Origin: Octopus vulgaris
Lineage: Eukaryota
DNA length: 64,000 nt
Direction: 5' to 3'
NCBI GenBank assembly: GCA_951406725.2
Contig: OX597815.1
Coordinates: 115,754,001-115,818,000, forward strand
The translations under genes and the position numbers were made by a program. The notes beneath the pieces are model-generated. The model ran no database searches, was not told where the DNA came from, and was given only the letters and a program-made list of their open reading frames with translations. Positions within the stretch are counted from its first letter, which is position 1. Every line of letters begins with the position of its first letter. Shown piece by piece: positions 13,665-26,500 of the stretch.

Positions 13665-13863
13665 TTAACCCTCTAGTATTCAGATTACTCTGTCAAATGT
13701 AATGCTTATTTATTCACATTGTTTTGAATTAGCTATGCATTATTTTGTGGCCTCAAGATTTCAATAATATGATAGTTTATCTTTATTTGACATTGTAGGG
13801 TAGATGTGAAAGGCTAGATCTGGCCAGGTTCAGCATACAACAGGTAAAATATTTTGGCTGGAT
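13665..13863. mobile_element. TTAA-CCC MITE, family A (partial copy)
   Basis: Starts ttaaccctctag and is homologous, in opposite orientation, to 1076-1287. Confidence 0.6.
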
Positions 13864-15232
13864 AGGTAGAAACTCTATACAGTCTAGCCATGTAAACAAT
13901 GGAAACACAAGAGGTGTATAGTGGAATCACAAGTAAGCAAACAGGGAAGGTAGGCTTCATACAAAGCAGATATACAAGAGCAATAAACACTAAAACAAAA
14001 GTAAAATAGATTCTCTCAAATGTCAGAGGGAAACTGTAAATCTGTCCTATTCATTGCATCATACTGTCTGTGTAATGAGATGACACTAGACTCATTCGTT
14101 TTTGGTATCCCCACCACCGCTATACCTATCATTATATCTACCTTTCTCTCATGAAAATGCTTATATAAGGGACCACATGAGATCTGCTTCATGCTGCCAT
14201 CACTCTTTCTCCCCAGCCTGTTCCATCACTCGATCTCTCATTCACAATAGCAAAATTGTAGCTATTAATATTGCCTTTTTCCTATACTTCCACTATTGTT
14301 TGTCTCCCCCATCACTCCTTGCCATTTGTATCTTCCACTGAACCTTTTTTCAGGTTTTCTCTTTATCCACTCACCCTTGTTCTTCAGTCATAATGAAATG
14401 AACCTGTGGACTCTGTAAAGTGATCAACAGACAGTAGAAAAGACTTCCAACTGTAGAAACCATGCTAAAAGTGGAATGCATAAGTGAAATGTATCTAAAA
14501 GGGTAGTAACTCCAAATGAGAACTGACATTGAATGTGATGACCTGTCCAACTCATACCAGCATGGAAAACATGGGAAAATTATTATTATGATATGGCTAT
14601 CCAATCCATACCAGCATGGAGAACAAGTGTTAAATGATAATGGTGGTATAAACATACATAAGGAACAGCTTTTCTTTGCAACATGATATACTGAGTATAT
14701 ACTTGTAAAAAATTTTTTTGAAACAGTGAAGTTCCCCAATGCATTGACTTTTCTAGACTTGTAAGTTTGTGTGATTAATGATGGAAGCAGTACTCAAAGC
14801 ACATCACAATGCTAAATTAAACAGGGACCACACCTATTAGACAAAATAAACACTTGACTGAGAACATATACAGTTAAAATTCAAATTTTGGCAATAATGT
14901 CTACACCAGTCACATTGGATCTATCTCCTATAAAGAGGCAGGTACACATGCCAAGGTTACTTCACCCAGAAGAAAAGACTCAAGACTATGAAATGTTGAT
15001 GCTAAATTTACAAAATTTACCTTCCAAACAAACAAGTATTTCATGCATAATTACAAAAGCCTTTTTTTTTATGTAGTTTCAGCTCATAGCTGCAGCCATG
15101 CTGATGCACCACCATTGCATCTTGATAAAAAAGATAAAACTAGAGCAATCTTTTATTTACGTATCTAGGTTTTATAGAAAATGATGTGATTGTAATGATT
15201 TGAATTGCTGAAAGAATTTGAATTTAGAGGCT

Positions 15233-15430
15233 TTAACACTTTTGTAATGATATTTCTTTAAAATGCACTGCTTGTGTTTCAATGAATTTTGAAAACAATG
15301 AAAAATTTAATAAAATAACTCATTAAGCTGATGTTTGGAACATAAATTAACATGAAATTTTGAAGGAAGGTTTTAATTTAGATCATAGAACTAGGGATGG
15401 TCTCTGATGGATTGATATCAGAAGGGTAAA
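15233..15430. mobile_element. Short piggyBac-derived MITE related to the element at 15629
   Basis: Starts ttaacactttt and ends gaagggtaaa. Its interior (tatttc...tgtgtttcaat.aattt) parallels 15640-15790. Confidence 0.55.
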
Positions 15431-15628
15431 GTAATCCTTAAATCTTATCCTCTAATATACACAGTAACTTCAAAGAATTTTTGAAGATTTCTGCCATTCT
15501 TCATCATCCTATATGATTCAAAGATAAAATCAGAATAGAGGAGATTCAGAATGTCTGATATTCATAAAACACTTACAGAATTTTCATTAAGATCTTAACA
15601 AAAACAAAAAAAAAAAAAACTTATTTAA

Positions 15629-16683
15629 CCCTTTCGGTACTATATTTCTGACCAAAATACACCCCTTATGTGTTTCAATTAATTTCTAACATAATCATAA
15701 ATTTAGTCTGGTTTCATTAAACAACTATAACTTTTTTATTTATCAATATATTAACGTGAAGTTTGGAAGATAATTTAATGAAATGTTCTCAACCAATTCT
15801 ATACTATAATTTTTGTCACAAAGTGACTAATTGCAGGTAGATACAGGTAAATTCAACAAAATATAAAATTATTAAAATTTTGTTCAAACATCGCTATAGA
15901 AAATGGGTTATTAGCTAATATTCAATTGGGTATACAACAAAATTTTACGATAGAATTTGTTATTCTGGGTAACTTTCTGATACCCATAATAATATTTATG
16001 GCAAAATAGTCTTAATTTCATTTAAGGTTATGGGAAACCACTTTCTTTCGTTTTGTTTACATTTAGCGTAACGGTTCGTTTCCGCCGTAATGATTTCAAA
16101 TAGGCTCATTCGAAAAGTAAAAAGAAATAGTCTAAGGCTTTACTCTTCTGGGAAAGTCTGTGGCTTGGTCCAGTTTCTTCAGAAAAATCACCGAAAGAAA
16201 CAGTTTTTAAATTTTCACTCCATTCAGGTGCCAATTCATTTTCTTTATCGCTGTCGGAGCTCTCGGATTCACTGTTTTCACTTTCGGAAAATGAAACATC
16301 AGATTCATTATCAAATACCACATGCTTTTTTTTTTCAGTCATAGAGTTAGATTTATGAAGGTCTTCAGTAGAAAATCCTTCGAATTCTAACTCGCTGCTT
16401 GATATAATGAAATTTGTATCCATTTTTTGTCAGAATTACAAATTTTGAAAACACAATAGGAACAAATTTCGGAAAAAAAATCTCCCAAAATTCACGGAAT
16501 TAAAATTACACTTCGATTTTTGTACAAAACTGTAGTTGAACTCTTTACGAAGTATAATACGTGTTTTCACGAATGTACTAAAGAGATTTGCTCTGATATT
16601 CTCATTTAAATATGAATAGGTAAATTCGGGCGGCTTGGTCACATTAACCAAAATTTTTTTCGGGCGGTTTGGTAACGAAAGGG
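15629..16683 (-). mobile_element. Internally deleted piggyBac transposon
   Basis: TTAA target-site duplications at 15625-28 and 16684-87. TIRs ccctttcggtac / gtaacgaaaggg. Minus-strand ORF 16106-16423 encodes an acidic transposase N-terminus ending DYFFLLF, and after a frameshift reads IITAETNRYAK (piggyBac ETNRYA motif). Confidence 0.92.
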
Positions 16684-19600
16684 TTAAAAACGAAATATTT
16701 GTCTTACATAATCATCTGCCTACTTTCCAGTATCTAAACTTCTGAACAATAAAGTTCTAAGTTTATTGTCATTTGTGTTAATGTCTTATCCACCAAATCA
16801 ATATTTTCTATTCATTCCTAAACTGGTATGGCAAGTAAAAGATCGTTTAAAAGCTGTAGCAGTAAATAGATTTCCAAAGAAACAAGTAGAGAAATAGCCA
16901 ATGATGATTATCAGCAACATAGTTATTGTTAATTAAAAACTCATAAGTTAAGTATATAACATGTTAGTAATATTCAGCAGTGAAATTACATTTAATAGCA
17001 ATATTTACAGAATAGCATGACTGTAAAGATAGGTTCTTGAAAAACTAAGACCTTTTTTGGTTTCTATAACTATTATATTGTTATAAATCACTCAGAGATG
17101 GACTCATTATGATAACAATGCACAAACTGAACAACTACATGGAAAACATAGGTGCAACAAAGTGAATATGATAAAAAAAAAAGCATAAAAACAAAAGGAC
17201 TGGCAGAAAATTTTAAATGAGGCAACAAGAGAGGGAATTCACCTGGAAAGAGAACAAAATTGAATAGGAGTCGAAGTTCAGCAGAAAAAGGACTGATGAG
17301 AGTTGGGGGAGCATCATAGGTTTAAAAAAATTTTTTTTTTATTTTACAAGTACATCATCTGCATTGAATTTCTGCTTTTCCAAATAATACAGAGTTCAAC
17401 CAATGGAATAAATTTTATATTGTGAGGAACTGAAGTCTGTTTTAGACAGAACTTTTCATCAGAGAGAGATGAAGTGAAATGATGGGTGAGCTAACATTTC
17501 ATTTCTGCAATGAGAGGTTCTATCAAAATGTTAGACATCTTTTTCCTTTGGCATAAAATTCATTCCATTGCTAAAATTATTTATATGTTAAGTTGAGACT
17601 CTTTCAAAATCACATAAAACCACAATATATATTTTTAAGACATAAATTACTCTGCACCCACTCATGATCAATACACAATTCATACAACCATACATATTCT
17701 TTACACAGGCTAGGTTTCACAATCTCTAATAATTTATTCAAAAGCCAATGATGGAGCACTACGCAGTATCTCAACCAGCTAGAAAAAAAAACAAAAAAAA
17801 AGAAAAAGAAAAATCCATCAAACAACACCCTACCATCTTTTGAAAAACTATGAACACATTCAATGATGTAGGTTGCCTGATCAAAGCAAGATTATGGCTT
17901 GAATACCAGGGCCAACTTAGAGCTAAACATCAAAAACCACCTTTTAAAAACTTAGCTAAAACTGCACACAAAACCTAGGTTCCCTACCCCCACTAAAAAA
18001 TATGATTCAATTCCAGTTCTCGATATACACTTTCCTCTTATTCAACCAGTTTTTAATATGAAAAAGACTCAATTCACAAATTGATAAAGAAAAATAGATT
18101 GCGTGTGTCAAACAGTGGAATAAAAGTTTTATGCTAGAAGTCCCTTTTTATCGTTTGTAGAAAACAGAGGATGGCAGGTATAAGAAGTTTACCAAAATTC
18201 CCTTTCTCTTTAAATATTTTTCAACTTTCATGGAAAAATAAAATCAAATTCCAAAATTTTTTTAAATAAAGATGATTCACAAAATCTTAATAGATTCACC
18301 ATCTTAACAGAGCGTGTAAATCTATATTAAACTCGTTTTCAAATATGGTTTATAATAGAATTTTTTTTTACTAACCGCACTGGTAACATTTCATATTAAT
18401 TACCAAAAAATGTAATTTATGATAATTGTGAAAAAAAAAAAAAAAGATCACAGACTAAGTCAATACACAATATCACAAAAGAAAATGCTTCTGCAACAAT
18501 ATTCTAATTTACAAAAGCATTAAAATCAAACTTTTTGTGCTTTTAGAAGGTTAAAAAAGTAGAGTATCTAAATCTCTTAGAAAACATTTTTCTAATGTGA
18601 ATAAACACAAAGAAATTTTGTCTCAGATTTTGCATTCTCATTCAAATGCTGAAAAATTAATAGAACTTTGACAATTTTGAAGTGATATACAATAAACAAC
18701 AGTATAATCAACAAATGAATTTTCTAAAACAAGTTGTACAGTATTGACATGTAGCTAGCATGATATAGGAAGGTCAGTGTTTAGCATAGACAGAAAACAT
18801 AACAGTAGTAGCAGCTTCAATAACTAAAAATGAATGAAAATATGCATCAATAAAACATATTTCTTACCCTTTCAATCAAATCTTAAAACAGCATATTCTA
18901 GTACTTAATAGCTGAGGCAACCTCACATAAAAAAACCCACGTTTTTTTTATTTTTGCAATAAACTGTTTTCATGTCTTATAATTAATTACTACGTACACA
19001 ACATACACAACACACGTGCAGCAAAAGCCTTACACTAGTTAGTAACTCATATTATTTTTCGATATAAATTTCTTTAGCAACCAGATAAATTAAGAATTGT
19101 CATTTTAAAATTTGATGTGGATTTAATTTTTTTTTTTTACGCATATCAGTGAAATACCTGGGTCATCACTCATGCATGATTATAAAAAAAAATTTATTAA
19201 GTAACCAAGCATAACCAACCCTCTTATTGCTATCTGGGTGAGTGCTAAATGTGACCAGAAAGATCTGTATTAAACCATACCAGTTGGAAAAAATGTTGTA
19301 CACAGAGATTTACTTTGCTCAACTAAGTAAAGTAAACACACAAAAAAAGCAACAAAATACTGGGTATATCAGTTCTTAACACTAATTTGTTTTATTTACT
19401 GAGTAACAATAACAAAATAAAGCAATAAACAGTTAAAGTAACATAGGCTGATGTTGGTTCAGACTGGCTATTTTGAATTAATCAACTTAAAATATACTGC
19501 AGTCATTTGTACAAAATATTGATATTAAGAGGGTTAGATAATTTATAGAACAGGAAAGTCAATCTGATTCACTCACTCCACAAGTTTTCTCTTCCAAAGA

Positions 19601-21639
19601 AGTATTGAGAGAGAGAGAGAGAGAGCAAAAAAAAAACAAAAAAAAAATAAAGATGAAAACTGCTAATTAATGTTGAAGCTTATTTAAGAATAATTATCAG
19701 ATATTAATTTAATAGACAAAAAATATGTACATTAAAAATAACTTGATGCAACGGTGAAATTAAGTTGGAGAGAAGGTGCACATTATTCTCACGGCTAACA
19801 AATAATGAATTCAATATTAATATCTAAAGTTTTGTTGGAGAAAGAAAGCAGCAATGACCTTTACTTTAATTAGTCTTTACCAACAAGCTAATGACATGAA
19901 GGAGAAATAGTGTGATGTTATTTAAAAATAAAAATGTAAAATTTGTCAAACATTGGCAAGGTATATAGTGGCAAAACAACAGAAATGTAAATTTTAACTA
20001 CCTGAGAATACAAACACCTTGTTAGACAGTTAAAGATGCATGTACGTGTTTCTGTTTGATAGACAGAAAGAGAAAGAGAGAGAGAGAAACTGAGAGAGGA
20101 GACACATGGTACGTAAGCATGAGCTTTAGAAAGTAAAGCCATATTTTTATGTTTACAACTGTATTCTATATTCAATGAAATATCGAACAGTAGAGTCTTT
20201 GCTGCAGTACCAGAAGAAATTATATTTTTTTTGTTCCATGAATATGAGGAATGAGCAATGTTTATTACCTGAAATTACAACAAATAATTGATTTTGTGCT
20301 GCAAAATTCAAACGTATATTGATAGCATGGGAATATTATCATAGGTGTGATATTTGATTAGAGACAGGAAGTAATTTTCTGAATTATAGGTGTGCATAAA
20401 TGCAAGCAGCTGGTAGCAGATTAGTGCTTAAACACTTAAGTACAGCAGAAAAACCGATAGTAATTTCCTTGACTTTCAAAGATGACAGAAGGTAAGATAT
20501 GAATATAACACCAAAAAAAATAACTACAAATTAATACAATTATATCAACAGTAATACTGAAAAATCAGCTGTAATAGACTTACAGATAAATCTACTGCTG
20601 CAGATGTGATAGAAGCTTCATGAATTATGCAGGCTTGTCTAAGCAACTGGGAGAAATATATACATATATGTAAGTATATGTGTGTGTGTATGTGTGTGAG
20701 AGAGACAGACAGAGAGAGAGAGATGTGATGTTTCTCTACATTATCAGAAATGGGACAGTAGACAACAACTGCGCCACAACCAGAAATATTGATTAAATCT
20801 ATTGGGCAGTGGAAATATTGAGATAGGGGTGGCAGTTACTGAAGGAATGCCGAACGGGTGGAACTGCTTAATCAGAATGACTATTAATTTAAAAGGTAAT
20901 AAATAAAATAATACAAAATAAAAGTAGTAAAGTATATAACACACCTTATCTCTTACAAAAAAAATGTTAATGATTATTATTATTTAACATCTACTTTTAT
21001 TCTTATATTTATAATTCTTTAAAAATAAGATGAATATTTTTTTCCACCCCAGTTTTGTTTTTCCTATTATCGTGTTGCAACTAGCTAAGTTGATGCTATA
21101 GCTCGGTAACATGAGGATAAATGGTTCAAATCCCATTAGGATCTTACAATAGACCCATAAGTGAGACAGTTGTTATCCAGCAAGCCCATATAACCAAAAA
21201 TAAGTATCCTAAAAATTCACACCACTGCTGTTTAACTAAGTGATACAATGATTTGCAGTGCAGAACACAATTCCACCTCCACCCATACTTGAAGAAAACA
21301 CTGTCCACAAGTAAATAGGACTAATAATCATCCATTGAGAGGGGTATGGGAAAAAGATTATTTACAATTTTTATCCAAGAGAAATCTGGAAGTATTGACT
21401 TTTGTAGTGAAAACATTATATATGGTGTGTAAGATGGAATTTGAACCTTTAAAAAAAATCCATAAACCTGGAGTTGTCTTAAACACCAAATATAAAATCT
21501 GAACCTTGACAGTCAGTGGTCTCATAAAATAAGACAATTTAAAAATTCAAGAAGCTATCTGCAATATATTTTATACCAGTATTTGTAATATATTACAATA
21601 TCACTGTACTGATCATACTACAGGATGTAGTTACACACT

Positions 21640-21875
21640 GCACTTCCTTGCATTGTTGTGGCTTTCAAATGATGCCACCCTACTGGCTAAGCAACAGGCT
21701 AGCATTCTTTCTGAATACGATGCCAGTCTGTCACAGAGTTACCAATTTACAGCTGAGTGTGCTGGAGCAATGTGAAATGAGTTTTGCTCAAGAACACATC
21801 ACACTGCTGATCTGGGAATCGAAACCACAATCTTGAACTTGTGAGTGCCACATCCTATCCACTAGGCCATATGCC
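21640..21875 (-). mobile_element. tRNA-derived SINE
   Basis: The reverse strand shows A-box tggcctagtgg and B-box ggtttcgattcc followed by a SINE body. Confidence 0.7.
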
Positions 21876-22340
21876 TTTACATCTTACAATATATACTGTG
21901 ATTCAATTTATTTTAAGTAAATGGTAAAATTATTCTGGATAACATATTAGTTTAGTTCCTGAAGAATAATTGATGCCTTATCAGTGTTTTGCTATTATTT
22001 GAAATGACTTAAATTTCAATAGCCAAGACAGTTTCTTAGCAGTATGCTTAACTGTAACATTCCACCTGTCATTAGGATGGTTGTTAAATTATCAGTGCGA
22101 GATTCCAATGCCTATGTGACTACTGAAATATCATTCCGATTGCCAGATAGAAACCTTTATGGCTTTTACTATCCTTTACACAACCTCATTTACAAAGATT
22201 GGTTTTGGTTCAACATATATTAAAATATGCTAAAATCATGTACATTCTTCCTGTGAAAAAGTTTCGTACACTGAACCAAAAACCAAAAATTGTAATCTGC
22301 CATTGTGACATATTGTCAGATAGTGACAATATACAGTAAG

Positions 22341-23565
22341 TATGAGATGGTATCAAAAAGTTCCCAGACTAATTCTGCACCATGCCAACAGCTGTGTGTA
22401 CAGTGAGAACTAGCAGTGACTTTCATGAGACTGTGCTGAGTGACATCGCTGTGTTTACTTGCAAAATTTGTGATTTTTTGATCACATTTATGCTATAGTC
22501 TGTGATTGTCATGGACAGGAAGTTGAAAGTAAGAGCCAATGTTAAATTTTGCATTAAACTTGGGAAGTTTGCTGAGACATTGACCATGCTTCGACAAGCT
22601 TATGGCAACATGGCAATGGGTCATACGCAATGTTTCAAGTCGAAGAACATCCCTGGAAGACAATGAGTGATCTGGAAGACCTCCCACAAGTGTCACGCCT
22701 AGAAATGTGGAGAAAATTCAACCGCTTGTGCATGAGAATTGTCAGAGGTCAATCAATGACATTACTGATGCTGGTTTGTCATATGAGTCTGTGCAGGCAA
22801 TCCTAACATCTGAATTGAACATGCAGTGTATCTCTGCCAAGTTTGCCCCTCACATGCTGACCACTGAGCAGAAAAAACATCAGGAAGTCTGTCAAGATCT
22901 CCATCAGCATGCCACTGATGAGCCATCCTTCATGTCGAAGATTATCACTGGTAACGAGAGTTGGATCAATGGGTATGACCCTGAGAGCAGCAGTCGTCAC
23001 AATGGAAGAGCCTTTCATCACCATGACTGAAGAAGACACAGCAGAGTCACAGCTAAATCAAGAGTATGCTCATCATTTTTTGATATCTGCAGTATTGTAC
23101 ATTGAGAATTCGTCCCTCAGGGCCAGACCATTGATAGAGTTCTACAGCAATGTTTTGAAGCTTTGGTGGAGGACATTTGGGAAAAGCAACAGGATCTGTG
23201 GAGTGTGAGAATTGGATTCTTCAGGACTACAATGCACCCTGTCACTGAACTCTCCTTACTTGTGAGTTTCTCGCCAAAAACAACATGGTATTGCTTCTGC
23301 ACTTCCATCTTTTCCCCAAAATGAAAATGCAGCTCAAAGGTTACCATTTTAACACCATTGTCAAAATCAAGAGCAAATTGCGGAAGGTCCTCAACTCACT
23401 TAGAGAAAACGACTTCCAGGCCAGATTCCAAAAGCGGCAAGAACACTGAGACTGGTCTGTTGCTGTACAAGGTGATTATTTTGAAGGAGATAATGTTAAA
23501 ACTTAGGTAAATGTTTTTTTTTATTAAACATAACTAGTCCGGGAACTTTTTGATACCACCACATA
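22341..23565 (+). mobile_element. Full-length but decayed mariner transposon, family 1
   Basis: TA-flanked ~30-bp TIRs (tatgagatggtatcaaaaagttcccagacta / tagtccgggaactttttgataccaccacata), 1.22 kb. Peptides KFAPHMLT and IITGNESWINGYDPE match mariner WVP and TGDE motifs; there are many frameshifts. Confidence 0.92.
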
Positions 23566-26500
23566 GCTCAAAATCTATATTTTAAGACTAATGATTTGTA
23601 GGTATGTGGTATTTTGTTATGCAACCATAATATACTATAAAGTACATTAAATGTTTTTGTAAGTCAACACTACCTTCTACTGTGTTAGCAGTGCTTTTTT
23701 ACATTATTTTGTTATGGTTATTTCTATAGAATATCTGTAGAAATAACCTTAACCTATATTTTAAATGCAAATTCTGAAAGTCATGTTATAACACCCAGTT
23801 GCCTTATACACCAAACCAGTACACTAACTACAACTGTTTTGTGGCATTTGTGGGTACTGGACTAATTCATTCAACAAGTAATGTTATGAGTATTTATAAT
23901 CTGCACCGTGGAAATTGAATCAGGATTGTAACTGGATTATGAGACTACTATTGAGTTTGTCCCCTAAAATATTTCATAGGTTTATGTTTATATAAAAACA
24001 AATTTTAATTATGCAAAATTTTGACTTTAGTCAGCAGTCTAGTTTTTAAAATTAAAACTGGAAATGAGTACTATTTGTTTACTTTTGTATTTATTTGTAT
24101 TTTCATTTCATATTCTAGTCAATAGACAAATTGAAATGTAAGTGGTTGACATGCTAAATGAGAAGTTGCTATGAACTGGTAGAGGGAATCAAACAATAGT
24201 TATAATTTAAAATAATTACCTAAACAAAAATCTTATGTCAGGATAATACTAGATACAAATGTGTAAAAATGGTGTACTGAAGACCCATTCAATTTCATGA
24301 CACTACAGAAAAATAAATGCTGAATCAATGGAATAGGAAATCAAAGAAGTTTATAGTAATAACTTTTAGGATATAATACCAGGAACAAAATCAACTCCAC
24401 ATCATATTTTTTTTTATTCACAAGAACTGGAAACAAAAAAGCCGAAATTATTCCCCTTACTATTAGTACAAAAAAAAAACAAAACATTATCACAACTGTT
24501 GGTGCTTTTCCCTCTCTTCAATCAACATTTTAAAATATATCAATAAAATCAAGAGTAAAATTACAGCATCAAAATATTGCAAGATGCCTTAAAATTTATA
24601 ATTAAATTAGAGTTGAACTCCACTCAAATACCTGCTAAGAATTCATGAAATATACTAGCAAATAGTAGATAGGCAGGCTTTTGAAAACCAGTATGATCAG
24701 CAAGATAAAGAAATATAAGTGACTGGGTTAGCAATGTGACGGTGAAAAACAAGCAGTAATGAATAGTTAATATAATGCAAAACAATAGTATTTTTACCAG
24801 AGTTAAGCTAAAAAGTATCTTCACTTATTTTTAGCCAAGTATTTCTGTTTCATTTAGTTTGCTAAAAATAAAGCATCTTTTACTTCTCACCTTCTTGGAT
24901 AATTCAAGTAAGACCTACCCTGTTTCTTATTATCCTCCCAAGTATTCTAGGTTCACCTTCATTGTTATTAGCATTTGTGTAAATAAACTACTGATTGGAC
25001 AACATTATTTATCCATTTGATTATCTAAATTCACTGCATGGATATGCCAAATTAACAAAACAACTAATAATTTTACCTATTAAATTTTCTCTTTTACTAT
25101 CCATAACAATCAATACACATGACTATTATTTGAACTGGGTGAACTTGAGGTAGGCTGTTTCTTACCTAGTTTCCTTGTGAAAGATTTAACTACCATAATC
25201 TCCCACTTCACTTCCTCCAAAAAAAAATTTACCTTTTCAGTTAGTGGGTACACTGAACACTTAATGAGTGGAACAACCAACCTATTTACAACTAATTACA
25301 GCTACTTATTTAAAATATCAATAATATTTTTAAAAAGTATTTTCACAGTAAAATGTTTAATCAACACAAAAGATAAAAAGCAGTTTAGGTTTGGTCAGAA
25401 CCTTCTACTTAAAAAGAAAGTAAAAATAGAAGACAATAAAAGTCCCCCTCAAATTGTTCCATAAATAGTAATAATAACCCATTTAAAACAAACTGAAGCA
25501 TACTTAAAAAGTGATGCTTGTAGGGGAAGACTTTCAATGGGAGGATGCTGAACTGAGTGGAGAAAATATTTTGTCTGAAGCAGCGAGTGAAAAAAATGGA
25601 GATATTAATGCACAAAATATTCAAATTTCATAATCTGACATCACAACAAAATTATCTATTTTGGTAATTCACTGCTTTTGTTGGTTATTACAGCATCATA
25701 TTAAAAATGGCAGTTTTCCAACTAATTATAAATAAGTCTTCTACTAATGCAAATATCAATTAAACTAAGATTGGACATGTAAAATATACTTTTTATAAAC
25801 TCATTTATCTGGTGTGAGTGTAGCTTTTGACTCAGCTATTTCAAGAATGTTTTAAATGCTGATTTTTGGCTTTTTTTTTTTTTGCAGAACTGTAAGACAA
25901 AGCCAAGCATATTCAATGTTCATAGGTCTAGTGTGACACCTGTTTTAAGTCAACACATTCTAAAGTTGACTGTGAAATTATAATATTTGTTACTGCTTTC
26001 AAGTAAAATTTTCTTAAGTCTGAATTTATCACAATGGGAAATATTGCCTTAAATTTTTTAATATTGGATTAACATTTTTGTAGCCAGAAAAACTTTTCCT
26101 CTTCTCATTAATTCAGTACATTAAAAGTTGTTATAAAAATAACATGGTTGTTCATAAGTATTACTTACAGTTCCAATCTAATATCTATCAGTATTAAAGA
26201 AATACCAAGGATGGCAGGGTGAACGTTTATCTCAGGATGTTGACTCTTACAAAGCAAATGACAAAGGAACACAAGAAATGGCAAAAAGCTATTTTAAAGG
26301 ACCCATTCAACCCATGCAAGCAACAGGCAATATAAATCATCACTAACTGCAGAAAATGGAAGAATATCCTTAATTTACCAAAAAGACGTTTCAGTAGATA
26401 TGATACATGCATGTTAATGAATTAGACATGAATCATACAGTGAGTGTCCAATACACTGATTACTGAACATCACAGTTTACAAGATTTTTCTAACTGAAAA

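Noticed and set aside
15577-15593. Other AG...GTAAGT/GTGAGT microexon-like matches (17 nt here; 14 nt at 19577-19590; 29 nt at 14375-14403)
   Set aside because: Non-3n lengths or weak acceptors; such matches are expected by chance in 32 kb of AT-rich intron.
20744-20944. Exon-like, higher-GC segment after a pyrimidine tract
   Set aside because: The acceptors tested give early stops in the phase required by exon 3, and no good donor was found.
23716-23748. 15-bp stem hairpin with 3-nt loop (a similar one lies near 35090-35123)
   Set aside because: Too short for a miRNA precursor and AT-rich; most likely a local template-switch product.
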